Origin: an uncultured bacterium
GTDB lineage: Bacteria; Krumholzibacteriota; Krumholzibacteriia; LZORAL124-64-63
Assembly: GCA_963727525.1 (NCBI GenBank)
Contig: CAVSGO010000007.1
Location: 2,301,902-2,365,901 of the forward strand
Length of the DNA: 64,000 nt
Reading direction: 5' to 3'
The position numbers and the translations under genes were made by a program. How positions within the stretch are numbered: the stretch's first letter is position 1; each line of letters opens with the position of its first letter. The notes below the pieces were generated by a model. It saw nothing but the letters and a program-made list of their open reading frames with translations. It was not told the origin of the DNA and searched no databases. This document shows positions 41,174-51,391 of this stretch, one piece after another.

Positions 41174-41568
41174 CTATTTTTCAGATATGCTTTCTGGGTC
41201 CAGGATGAAGGACAGGATCGTCATCACGTTGCCGCATCGTGGGCATTGCAAAGGCCGCGCGTCGTAGATCCGCGCCAGCAGCATCGCCCAGCTACGCGAC
41301 GCCTTGGGGCGCGGCTCGGACGCGTCCGCCATGCCCATCGCAGCCCTGGCGCGCTCGAGCGCGAGCAGCACCGTGCCGGCGGGACCGGCGGTCAGTGTGA
41401 CCGCCCGGCGCAGCTTCGCTCCGGGAGCGAATACCCCACAATACCGATGGCGGTGCTTGCGTGGTGGGGCGAGCAAGTCGATCACGCGATCGAGGAACTC
41501 GAGCGGGCTCAGTAGGATCTCCGTGCGGCCGTCTGGTCGTGGGCGGCGCAGGCGGTACACCAGGGTGT
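41174..41568 (-). mobile_element. IS91-family transposase C-terminal fragment, near-duplicate of 38335..38670
   Basis: LVYRLRRPRPDGRTEILLSPLEFLDR...PLQCPRCGNVMTILSFILDPESI. Confidence 0.9.
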
Positions 41569-42281
41569 ACGGCTCCGTGCTGGAGAACCTGGCGCCACGC
41601 GTGGCCGACCGCATCGCCCGCATCCCCGGCGTCGTCAACGTGCAGGACGGCATCGTACCGGTCGGCGGCAACGTGGCGACCAGCGTGCGGCGAGGCGACA
41701 AGATGGTCGACGTCCGGGTCTGGATTCCCGAGCGGGTGCGCGACAACGTGCGCGACCTCGGCGATCTCCTGATCCACGCGCCCGACGGGCATGCGTTCCC
41801 GGTGCGGCGCGCCGCGGCCGTCATGCTGGTGTTCCTCGTCCTGGTGTTCCTCTACGAGCGGTTCCGGGTCGCCCTGGCCACGCTCGTGACGACCGCTCTC
41901 GCCCTGGCAGCCGTCAACGTGGGTCTGTGGGTGACCGGTACAGAAATGAACATCGCGTCGATGATGGGCTTGACCATGATCGTCGGCATCGTCACCGAGG
42001 TCTCCATCTTCTACGTGACCGAGGTCCGCGAGCAGTCGCAGGAACCCGACCGGCTGAGCCGGCTGCTCGTCGCCGGATGCAACCGGATGCGCCCGATCGC
42101 GATGACCACCCTGGCCGCCATCCTGGCCCTGGCGCCCCTCGCTCTCGGCATCGGACACGGCTCTGGCATGCTCCGTCCCCTCGCGATCGCGATCGAGGCC
42201 GGCCTCATCGCGCAAATGCCGCTGACGTTGCTCGTTCTACCGGTGCTCCTGAAGCTCATGCGGTCGGACCCGAGCGCCTAG
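41565..42281 (+). pseudogene. RND efflux permease (AcrB/CusA family) C-terminal remnant with internal deletions
   Basis: LVFLVLVFLYE, SMMGLTMIVGIV, RMRPIAMTTLAAILALAPLALGIG.GS.MLRPLAIA. Confidence 0.85.
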
Positions 42282-42299
42282 GCCGCGGCAGACGGTCGA

Positions 42300-44138
42300 C
42301 TAGCGCACCGCCTCCAGCCGTCCACCCACCAGCGTGAGCGTGGGGACGTAGGGCCCCCGCAGCTCGCGCGTCCACCAGGCCCCGTCGCGACGGCGCTCGG
42401 CGGGCGTCGTGAAGCGGTACAGGAAGGCCCGGGCGCGCAGGTACGCGGGGGGCCGATCGGGGAAGGGATCGTCGGCCAGCAGCGCGGTGACGTCCGGTGT
42501 TCCCGCCAGCAGGCGCTCGCAAAATGCGAGGAACCACCGGTTCTGGCGCACGTCGCCCAGCGCGGCGAACCACATCTGCCAGTCGAGGCGCGGCATGTGC
42601 GGCATCATGAAGCGCGGCCGCCGCGTGACGTCGCCGGGTTTGTAGCGGAACTCGTACGGCCGCCAGTGCTCGCCATCGCGGCTCCCCTCGACGATGATCT
42701 CCGGCCTCTCGGTCGTCATGACGGCGAAGAGCCCGTACGAGTCCACGAGCTGCAGGGGCGACGTCCAGCGGTACGCATCCACCACGGGGCCGAGCCAGCT
42801 CACCGGCAGGTCCAGCGAGCGGGACAGCGGCACCAGGCTCATCGCGAACAGGGCCGCGGCGACGACGCGTCGCGGCCAGTGCACCGGATTCGTGGGGGCC
42901 GCGCGCTCAGGCAGCGGCAGGCCGCCCACCACCGCATCGTCCAGCAGCAGCACGCACAGTGCCAGGACCAGGAGGTTGAAGAAGCCGTAATTCCCGGTCA
43001 CCAGGATGAGCACCTGCAGCGTGGCGATCGCCCCCGCCGCCACGAACCGCACGCGCCGCGGCCCGAGGATGAGCAGCGGCGCGATCCCCTCGACGCCGAA
43101 CATGAACAGCGCCGAGACCTTCTGGAACCACGGCGGCAGCAGGTGGAAGTACCACGCCGTCCAGGGTGGCAGCGGCTGGGTGAAGTAGTGATAGTCGAGC
43201 GCGGTGAGCGTGCGCCACGCCACGTCCCCGCTGGTGAGCTTGACGGCCGCCGAGGCGAGCATCAGCCGCAGGAGCAGCCAGCGCCCCAGCCACAGCGCCG
43301 CGCGCGACGGCGGCGGGCCGCCTCCGCACAGGGGAACCCGCCACCGCCACGGCGCCAGCACGATGGCGACGAACCCCGCCTCCAGCAACAGGCTGTCCCA
43401 CTGGAAGTGCAGGAAGTCCTGTCCCACCGTGACCAGCGACAGGTAGCCGATCCATGCCCCGACCAGCGCCGGCGCCGGCACCAGCCCGACCACCACGAGC
43501 ATCGCGCACACCACACCGCCCGCGCAGAGCAGGTGCAGCGCCGTGTTGCCGGCACCGAACCAGCCCAGCGTGGGCAGGAGCCAGTAGCGGATCGCCCCGA
43601 GTTGCGACGACGCCGCGGCGAGATAATCCTGCGCCGGTAGGATCCCGTGCCCCCCGATGAGCCCATCCACCTGCGTCCACAGCGAGATGAAGGCGATGGC
43701 GTATACCGCGCCGAGACAGCGCAGGAAGAGCACCACCGTGCGCGTCTCCCCCGGCGGCAGCAGATGCCGCCCCCACAGCCAGCCGGTGATCCGCTCCGCG
43801 AAACCCCGATGGTCGGCCACCAGGCGGTAAAGCGCCTCGCTGATCCGCGCGAACAACGGCACCGTCAGGTACAGACCCAGCAGCCAGTCGCCGACGGGAA
43901 TGCTGACGAGACTGCGCAGCACGGCCTCGGCCCCCGCGCACACGCGACCGTCGGGCTCGATGAGGTGCACGGCCCGCGCAAAGTTCGCCGCCGGAACCTG
44001 CGGAAAGCGCGGGGCGGCTTCCTGATAGGGCACGTACTCGATGCGGTCGCCCGTGGCCTGCTGCCAGCGGGCGATCCAGCCGCGGCAAAAGCCGCAGTCG
44101 CCATCGAACACCATCACGGGGCGGGCGGAAGAGTCCAT
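42300..44138 (-). CDS. DCC1-like thiol-disulfide oxidoreductase fused to lipase maturation factor (LMF) domain
   Basis: N-terminal VFDGDCGFC; FQWDSLLLEAG, HYFTQPLP, TGNYGFFNLL, YGLFAVMT, PHMPRLDWQMWFAAL. Confidence 0.9.
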   Translation of the reverse strand: MDSSARPVMVFDGDCGFCRGWIARWQQATGDRIEYVPYQEAAPRFPQVPAANFARAVHLIEPDGRVCAGAEAVLRSLVSIPVGDWLLGLYLTVPLFARISEALYRLVADHRGFAERITGWLWGRHLLPPGETRTVVLFLRCLGAVYAIAFISLWTQVDGLIGGHGILPAQDYLAAASSQLGAIRYWLLPTLGWFGAGNTALHLLCAGGVVCAMLVVVGLVPAPALVGAWIGYLSLVTVGQDFLHFQWDSLLLEAGFVAIVLAPWRWRVPLCGGGPPPSRAALWLGRWLLLRLMLASAAVKLTSGDVAWRTLTALDYHYFTQPLPPWTAWYFHLLPPWFQKVSALFMFGVEGIAPLLILGPRRVRFVAAGAIATLQVLILVTGNYGFFNLLVLALCVLLLDDAVVGGLPLPERAAPTNPVHWPRRVVAAALFAMSLVPLSRSLDLPVSWLGPVVDAYRWTSPLQLVDSYGLFAVMTTERPEIIVEGSRDGEHWRPYEFRYKPGDVTRRPRFMMPHMPRLDWQMWFAALGDVRQNRWFLAFCERLLAGTPDVTALLADDPFPDRPPAYLRARAFLYRFTTPAERRRDGAWWTRELRGPYVPTLTLVGGRLEAVR

Positions 44139-44270
44139 GGAGCATCAGTCTAGGCGCGCGGCGAGGGAATGCCAGAGCGAAGCCGTCACGAGGCGACATT
44201 CCTGGCGAGATCTGCTAAACTGCCCGCGAGCCGTTCCGATGCGCCGTCCTGCGAGGGAGTCCCAGGAACC

Positions 44271-44789
44271 TTGAAATCGCGATTGGCCTCCACCGAACTG
44301 ATCGTGGCCTTCGCGGCCATCTTCGTGAGCACGGCCACGCTGTTCGTGTACATCTACCAGACGCGGATCATGCTCAGTCAGCAGCGGGCGTCGGTATGGC
44401 CCTACGTCGAGTGGACGTACGCCATGCGGAGCGACCAGGGATTCAGCCTGACGGTGGCGAACAAGGGCGTGGGACCGGCGATCGTCAGGTCGGCCAAGCT
44501 GACCCTCGCCGGCGAGCCGATCGCCACCGCCCGCGACCTGCTCGGCCGGTACGTGGCCCTCGACAGCACGGCCCTGGTCACCACCACCATCGACGACCGG
44601 GTGATCGCCCCGGGCGAACGGCTGACACTTTTCCATATCGACGTCCGAGACCGGGACGAGTACGTCGACCTCCACCGGAAGCTCGACCCCCTGTTCCAGA
44701 ACCTCGAGTTCCGGATCTGCTACTGCTCGATCTACGGCGACTGCTGGACGAGCACCGGCCTCGAGGTGCAGGCAGGTGGCTGCCGGTGA
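44271..44789 (+). CDS. Hypothetical membrane-anchored protein
   Basis: N-terminal TM segment; QQRASVWPY, NKGVGPAIV, ICYCSIYGDCW; TTG start uncertain. Confidence 0.7.
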   Translation: MKSRLASTELIVAFAAIFVSTATLFVYIYQTRIMLSQQRASVWPYVEWTYAMRSDQGFSLTVANKGVGPAIVRSAKLTLAGEPIATARDLLGRYVALDSTALVTTTIDDRVIAPGERLTLFHIDVRDRDEYVDLHRKLDPLFQNLEFRICYCSIYGDCWTSTGLEVQAGGCR

Positions 44790-44825
44790 TCACCGTTCGC
44801 GACGTCTCCCGCGCGCTGCGCCACG

Positions 44826-44957
44826 CTAGAAGTGCAGGTTGAGGCCCGGCAGCCACTGCAGACCGCGCGGGTTGTTGCCGGCATGGTTCAGCACCCCGAT
44901 CTGCACGCCGTGCAACTCGTCGGCATCGTTGAAGACGCCGATGACGACACCGTGTAT
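44826..44957 (-). pseudogene. C-terminal remnant of an LA_2272-like surface repeat protein, cut at the IS end
   Basis: IHGVVIGVFNDADELHGVQIGVLNHAGNNPRGLQWLPGLNLHF*. Confidence 0.65.
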
Positions 44958-46331
44958 TGTCCCTCCTCAAAACCCCGTCGGCGTTGCCACGACCAGAGTT
45001 ACGACTTCACGAGTAGACCACAAACCGACGCTCGAAACCGTCGCTGCGGACCAATTCCCTGGGCCTCAACTAGCCGCGCAAACGGCCGATCCCTACCCAT
45101 GCCAAACATCATCGTCGAATTCCTGCGCGACCTCGTCCGTTCGCGCCGTGACCTGGTCATCGAGAACCTCGCCCTGCGCCAGCAGATCCTCGTGCTGCAG
45201 CGATCGAATCCCAGGCCACCATTCACCCCCCAGGACCGGACATTCTGGGTCCTGCTTTGCCGCTACTGGGCAGGCTGGCGGCGACCGCTGCGCCTCGTCC
45301 AACCTGAGACCGTGATCGCCTGGCACCGCAAGAGCTGGCGACTCGGGTGGAAGCGCAAGAGCCGACCACAGGCGGTAGGTAGGCCCCGCATCCCCTTTGA
45401 CGTTGTCGAGCTGATCCGCCGCGTGTCACGCGAGAACCCCACCTGGGGCGCGCCGCGCATCCACGGCGAACTCCTGAAACTCGGCTACTTCGTGTCGGAA
45501 GCGACCGTTGCGAGGTACATGGTCAAGCGACGAGGCCGACCTACCCAGAACTGGCGGACGTTTCTCGACAACCACCTCCGAGAGACCTGCGCCATCGACT
45601 TTCTCACTGTCCCGACCGTCATGTTCAAAACCATCTACGTCTTTGTTGTTCTCTCGCTTGATCGACGGCGGATCCCACCTCAACGTCACTGCCCATCCGA
45701 CCGGCGAATGGACCGCGCGCCAGATCATCCAGGCATTCCCCTTCGACGCTGCACGGCGATTCCTCATTCGCGACCGCGATCGGATATACAGTGGCGAGGT
45801 CGAATCCGCGCTACGCATCACGGGCATCAAGGAGAGGGTGATCAGCGCGCGTTCCCCAAGGCAGAACGGTTACTGCGAGTGCGTGATCGGCACACTCAAG
45901 CGCGAATGCCTGAACCACGTCATTGTCTTCAACGAAGCCCACGCGCGACGCCTGCTCAAACAATACCTCGAGTACTACCATGGCTCACGAACCCATCTCG
46001 GCCTCGACAAGGACACGCCTGATAGTCGACCGGTCGAACCGCCCGCCATCGGCCCGGTGAGACGTCGGCGGTTTCTTGGTGGGATGCATAGTCGGTACTA
46101 TCGGGAAGCCGCGTAACCCCGGACGCGACGATCGTAGCCATCACGGGGGACCACTCTGTCCGGCGACGGCCGCTACAGTACCCAAGACCATCAAACGATC
46201 CAATCTCGACGAGTAGCCCAGCCGTTCGGCGCCGATTCCGGCCGCTATTCTCAGTTTTCCGGTGGCAGCAAACCCGGGAGCGCCGATTTGCGACACCGGA
46301 CACATGGCAGATTGAGTTTTGAGTAGGCACA
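44958..46331 (+). mobile_element. IS481-like element, full length, TGT...ACA ends
   Basis: IRL tgtccctcctcaaaaccc; IRR gagttttgagtaggcaca; no target duplication seen. Confidence 0.8.
45099..46116 (+). pseudogene. rve integrase-core transposase, frameshifted near 45675
   Basis: ENLALRQQ, WGAPRIHGELLKLG, AIDFLTV in one frame; FLIRDRD, SPRQNGYCE, RRECLNH-like and LGGMHSRY in another. Confidence 0.88.
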
Positions 46332-46440
46332 GGTCGCGCCCGCGAATTGGGACCGAGCCCCAGCGCACTGGACGCGGCGGGTACCGACCTTGGGCGCACG
46401 CCATGAGAGGACGGGGATGATGGGCCTGCACATGAGGTGA

Positions 46441-47448
46441 ATGGACATGAATCGCAAAGAGCCCCCGCAGGTGGTGGTCATCACGGGCGCATCCGCGGGT
46501 GTGGGTCGAACCATCGCCCGGGCGTTCGCCGACCGGGGTGCGTCGATCGGTCTCCTCGCGCGAGGCGAGGATGGGCTGGCATCGGCCGCGCGGGAGGTGG
46601 AGGCGCGCGGCGGTCACGCGGTGACCGTACCCACGGACGTCGCGGACGCGGAGGCCGTGGAACGAGCCGCCGAGCGCATCGAGCGCGAGCTGGGCCCGAT
46701 CGACATCTGGATCAACAACGCCATGGCGACGATTCTCGCCCCGTTCCACGAGATCAGCGTCGCGGAATACCACCGCGTCACCGCGGTCACCTACCTCGGA
46801 CAGGTTCACGGGACCATGGCGGCACTGCGCCGGATGCGGCCACGCGGCCGCGGCACGATCATCCAGATCGGTTCCGCGCTCGCGTATCGGGGGATCCCAC
46901 TGCAGTCGGCGTATTGTGGCGCGAAGCACGCCGTGGAAGGTTTCACCGAGGCGCTCCGTGCGGAGTTGATGCACGACGGCGTCGATATCCAGCTCAGCAT
47001 GGTGCACCTGCCGGGCATGAACACGCCCCAGTTCTCATGGTGCCGGACTCGTCTGCCGCGCCATCCGCAGCCCTCGCCGCCGATCTACCAGCCGGAAATC
47101 GCCGCACGGGCCGTGATGTCCATCGTGGACCACCCTCGCCGCCACCTGCTGGTCGGCAGTGCGACCGTCAAGACGGTCTGGGGAAACAAGTTCGCGCCCG
47201 GGTTCGCCGACCGTTACCTCGCACGAACTGGATATGAATCGCAGCAGACGGATGAACGGGTCTCGCCCTCGCGTCCGGACAACCTCTTCGCCGCGGTCGC
47301 CCGGGACGCCGGTGCCCACGGCATCTTCGACCGCCGCGCGAAGAGACGTAGCTACACGCTCTGGGTGATGACGCATGGAACTGCGTTCGTCTCCGGCATG
47401 GCCGTGCTGGCAACGCTTGTCGTGATCTGGCTGGTCCTGGCGACCTGA
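46441..47448 (+). CDS. SDR-family oxidoreductase
   Basis: TGASAGVG, INNA, YCGAK. Confidence 0.92.
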   Translation: MDMNRKEPPQVVVITGASAGVGRTIARAFADRGASIGLLARGEDGLASAAREVEARGGHAVTVPTDVADAEAVERAAERIERELGPIDIWINNAMATILAPFHEISVAEYHRVTAVTYLGQVHGTMAALRRMRPRGRGTIIQIGSALAYRGIPLQSAYCGAKHAVEGFTEALRAELMHDGVDIQLSMVHLPGMNTPQFSWCRTRLPRHPQPSPPIYQPEIAARAVMSIVDHPRRHLLVGSATVKTVWGNKFAPGFADRYLARTGYESQQTDERVSPSRPDNLFAAVARDAGAHGIFDRRAKRRSYTLWVMTHGTAFVSGMAVLATLVVIWLVLAT

Positions 47449-47561
47449 TCGGGCACGGTCGGTATGTGGATCGCAGAGTATTGCGTAGCATGTGGCGGGG
47501 ACGGGTGCTAGCACGGCACGGACATGCTCCTTCGCCCCACCAAGCGAAAGGACCCACGAAG

Positions 47562-48098
47562 ATGACGCAGCGAATCACACACGTGATCATGTTGACGGCA
47601 TTCATGATCGTAGCGAACGCCCATGCAGGCGCTGACCCGCCATTCGGCGGCAAGCAGGACGTCGCATTCGCCCAGGCACTCTGGCCCGCGATCGCGCACC
47701 ACGATCGCTGGCTCATGCAATCGGACGTGTATCCCGGGCAGTCGCCGCACGGAAAGTTCCTACGCGTCTATGCGAACGTGGTGACCGTGGAGGGCAAACC
47801 GTATCACGTGATCATCAAGGACAACTTTGGCGGCGAGGATGCGTCGATCGCGACCGTCACGGCCCATCCCGCCGACCATCTCCTGTCCGTCACTGTGATG
47901 GTGCAACGCGAGGCCGGATACGATCCCGACCATGACGACCTGTTCTGGGTGAAGTTCGCGCCCGACGGCAACCTCGACCAGACGCCGCAGGGCGCGGCGA
48001 TGGCGGGGCGCGTCGCCGCCGGCACCACGCAAGGCTGCATCGCCTGCCACGGCAAGGCCGGCGGCCACGACTTCATGTACACGAACGACGGCGATTGA
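47562..48098 (+). CDS. Periplasmic c-type cytochrome, cytochrome P460-like fold
   Basis: Signal peptide; C-terminal CIACH; IIKDNF, VTVMVQRE.GYDP, FWVKF. Confidence 0.7.
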   Translation: MTQRITHVIMLTAFMIVANAHAGADPPFGGKQDVAFAQALWPAIAHHDRWLMQSDVYPGQSPHGKFLRVYANVVTVEGKPYHVIIKDNFGGEDASIATVTAHPADHLLSVTVMVQREAGYDPDHDDLFWVKFAPDGNLDQTPQGAAMAGRVAAGTTQGCIACHGKAGGHDFMYTNDGD

Positions 48099-48131
48099 AA
48101 GCGACCGCGGCGGCGCTCCCGTGGCCGGATC

Positions 48132-48218
48132 GCCGACATCGATCTGAACGGCTTCTTCGGATTGCAGGACGTGCGCCCCAGGATCTCGAACGTGAAGCTC
48201 GGATTTCGCGTGCGATCA
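48132..48218 (+). pseudogene. OsmC-family internal fragment
   Basis: ADIDLNGFFGLQDVRPRISNVKLGFRVRS. Confidence 0.55.
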
Positions 48219-48528
48219 AGGTGGACGTGGCGCTCGCGGGCGCTCGGGTGACGAGGCAGGCGACGTCGTGACGGCCGGCGGCGTCGACGTCGCTCCCACG
48301 GCCGAGGAGGTGGCGAAGATCGAGGACACCTACATGTCGCACTCCATCGCCGGCTCCGCGTAAGGCACGTCCCGGCGACGCCTTCCGTGGTTCCGCGGTT
48401 CGGCCCTGCTCCACGAACGGGCTCTCCGTCCGGCGGATGCCGGGCGCGAGTGTCACGCGCCGGTGCGTGCGCCCGTACCGCTTCCAGACGCCGGGGTCCG
48501 GCCCATACCATGCCAAGGGAGGTCTTTC

Positions 48529-51222
48529 ATGACTGCGCAATCCTTATTTCGAGGAGAGGACACGCGGCCGCACCACCGCGCGTTTCCAAGGCGATGCTGG
48601 CTGGCGCTCGCCGCCGTGCTGCTCGCGCCGGCGATCGCCTCGGCGGTCGGCCCGCCCGCGCCGCTCGCCGGCAGCTATCTGTCCGGGGACGACACCCTCG
48701 CGCCCGCGCCCGGCAACCAGGACGATCCGGCGATCGCGCGCGGCGGCAACCTGTACCTCGTCGTCTGGGCGGACGACCGCTCGAGCTACGACGACACCTC
48801 GGGCCAGTCGGGCACGAAGCGCGACATCTACGCCGCGCGCATCGACCTCGACGGCAACATCGTCGGCGACACGCCGATCGTCGTCACCGACGCGCCCGGC
48901 GACCAGTACGATCCGCACGTGTCGTGGAACGGGAACAAGTGGCTCGTCGTGTGGACGGGCACCTCGGCGTCGAGCGCATATTACCATCCGATCGAGGCCG
49001 CGCGCGTCTCGGCGACCGGGCAGGTCCTCGACGCGACGCCGCTCACGCTCTGGAGTCCCGACTACACGTCAGAGCACCTCTTCGGCCTGGCCAGCGACGG
49101 GCAGGACTGGGCCGTCGGCGTCACGGACGAATATTACGACGGACTGGCGACGAAGGTCCGCCTGGTCGCCCGCAAGGTGACGGATACCGGTAGCGTCGGT
49201 TCGGTGCACGGCGTGTTCTCGCCCTCGTCGGGCGTGTTCTTCGGCCGCGAGGGCCTGGCGTGGACGGGCACGCAGTATCTCGCCCTCGTGTATGGCTACG
49301 TCAACAGCTTCTATTTCGGCATCATGGGGATACGCCTCACGCCGGCGCTCGCCACCATCGATTCCTATCCGTTCGAGATCACGCAGACGATGTGGGCGAA
49401 CGACGACTACTTCCTGTCGCCCGGGTTCGGGACGAACGACAGCGGGCTCTTCGTCGCCTGGGAGTTCCAGCATGCCGACGGCACCTCGCAGATCTACGGT
49501 GCGCGCGTCGACCCGGATGGCAACTCGCTCGACGGCGACGGCTTTCTGGTCGCCGGCGGCTTGCCGTCGAGCTTCGACGCCATCCCCCAGGTGACCTGGG
49601 ATGGGAGCCAGTGGGTCGTGGCCTGGCCGCAGGACGGCGCGATCCACATGGCGCGGATCACGAACCTCGGGGGCGCCACGCCGCCGGTCGTGCCGGTGGC
49701 GGGCGCGAGCGATGGCGCGATCATCGAGGAGCCGGGCGGCGGCACGCGGTTCGTGTGGCCCGAGGACCGGGTGGGCGGCCCGCAACCGCTGGATCTGTTC
49801 ACGGCCGTGCTCGACGGCTCGCTCGTGCCCGGTCCCGACCATCCCGTGGCGCTGGGCGTGCCCTTCCAGACCGAGGCCGCGCTCGCCGTCGCACCCGACG
49901 GCTATCTTCTCGTCTATCGCAGCGACGAGTCTGGCGACGCGCGCATCATGGCGCGGGCGCTCGCGGCCGACGGCACGCCCGTGGCGACCGACGCCGTCAT
50001 GCTCGCCTCCGGCGACGTCGACGGTCCGCGCGCCGCGTATAGCGAGGGGCAATACCTGGTCGCGTGGAATGCCGCGGGCGAGGTCCAGGCTCGTCGCCTC
50101 ATGGTTGACGGCACTCCTGTCGATGCGTCGCCGCTGATGGTCCTGTCGGGACACGACGTCGACGTGGCTGGCTACGGCGGTGGCGACCCGGCCGGCATCT
50201 TCCTGGTGACGGCCGCCACCGGAATCGGTGCGTCCTCGCAGACCGTCGCCACGCGCGTGTCGGGCGATGGCACCGTGCTCGACGCGGCGCCTTTCATCCT
50301 GGCGGCCGACCATGCGCTCTCTCCGCGCGCGATCCAGCATGGCCCCAACTGGCTCACCGTGTGGGAGTCGACCGGCCACGGCAATGGCGGCGAGATCGAC
50401 GGCGCTCTCATCGCCACGAACGGCGGCTTCGCCACGTTCCATTTCACGTCCGACACCGACGGTCTGGCGGCCCACCGCCCGGCCCTCGCGGGCAACGACA
50501 CAACGCTCGTGATGTGGCACGATCCGCGCGGCAATGGCGATATCTACGGACGCCGTCTGCTGCCGAGTCTCGACTCCTTCGATCCGGCCGGCGGCGTCGC
50601 GCTGCTTTCCGGCGCGGGCACGCAGGATCAGGGTGAGGTGGGCTTCGACGGGTCGTCGTACCTGATCGTCGCCCGTGACGCTCGCAACGCGACGACCACC
50701 GACCCGCGCACCGACGTCTACCGCAACTTCGTGCGGCCGCTGGCATTGGTGGATGATACCACCGGCGTGGGCCTCTACGCGACGGACCTCGACGAGCGCG
50801 ACCCGGCCGTGGCCGGCGGTGCGGGCTACACCGGCGGAGCCGTGTACGTGGCCAGCGTCTTCGACCCGGCGCAGGCGGCTTTCCGCCTGGAGGTGAGCCC
50901 GACCGCGAGCCTCACGCCCGTGGTGTCCAGCGAGACGCCACGACCCGCCCGGCTGCTCTCCGTGTTCCCCAATCCGGCGAATCCCGCCGTGGAGATCCGT
51001 TACCGCGCCGCGGCGCCCGGTGACGTGGCCATCGACGTGTTCGACGTCCGCGGCCGCCATTTGCGCACCCTCCGCGAGCACGCGGCCTCCGCCGGCGAGG
51101 GCCAGGTCCGCTGGGACGGCACCGACGATAACGGTCGCTCGCTCGCCTCGGGAACGTACCTGCTGCAGATGGAGTCGGCGCGCGGCGCCACTGGCACGGG
51201 ACGCGTGGTGATCGTGCGGTGA
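48529..51222 (+). CDS. Secreted repeat (beta-propeller-like) protein with FlgD-Ig tail
   Basis: RBS GGGAGG; signal peptide; YLVVW.D.R...IYAARI...G repeats; FPNPANP...FDVRGR...WDGTD...LASGTY. Confidence 0.88.
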   Translation: MTAQSLFRGEDTRPHHRAFPRRCWLALAAVLLAPAIASAVGPPAPLAGSYLSGDDTLAPAPGNQDDPAIARGGNLYLVVWADDRSSYDDTSGQSGTKRDIYAARIDLDGNIVGDTPIVVTDAPGDQYDPHVSWNGNKWLVVWTGTSASSAYYHPIEAARVSATGQVLDATPLTLWSPDYTSEHLFGLASDGQDWAVGVTDEYYDGLATKVRLVARKVTDTGSVGSVHGVFSPSSGVFFGREGLAWTGTQYLALVYGYVNSFYFGIMGIRLTPALATIDSYPFEITQTMWANDDYFLSPGFGTNDSGLFVAWEFQHADGTSQIYGARVDPDGNSLDGDGFLVAGGLPSSFDAIPQVTWDGSQWVVAWPQDGAIHMARITNLGGATPPVVPVAGASDGAIIEEPGGGTRFVWPEDRVGGPQPLDLFTAVLDGSLVPGPDHPVALGVPFQTEAALAVAPDGYLLVYRSDESGDARIMARALAADGTPVATDAVMLASGDVDGPRAAYSEGQYLVAWNAAGEVQARRLMVDGTPVDASPLMVLSGHDVDVAGYGGGDPAGIFLVTAATGIGASSQTVATRVSGDGTVLDAAPFILAADHALSPRAIQHGPNWLTVWESTGHGNGGEIDGALIATNGGFATFHFTSDTDGLAAHRPALAGNDTTLVMWHDPRGNGDIYGRRLLPSLDSFDPAGGVALLSGAGTQDQGEVGFDGSSYLIVARDARNATTTDPRTDVYRNFVRPLALVDDTTGVGLYATDLDERDPAVAGGAGYTGGAVYVASVFDPAQAAFRLEVSPTASLTPVVSSETPRPARLLSVFPNPANPAVEIRYRAAAPGDVAIDVFDVRGRHLRTLREHAASAGEGQVRWDGTDDNGRSLASGTYLLQMESARGATGTGRVVIVR

Positions 51223-51391
51223 TCTGCGTCACGACGAGCGTCGAGGGGGCCGGGACGCCGAGTCCCGGCCTCCAGCAGAGGTGGCCCGTGACAGGGCTTG
51301 AAGGAGGAGGTTCTCTTCGGCCTCCCTGGTGACCGAAACGTCCGGCAGCGCCAGCATGTGTTCGACGAGAGCCGGAATGTCCTCGAGCCGT

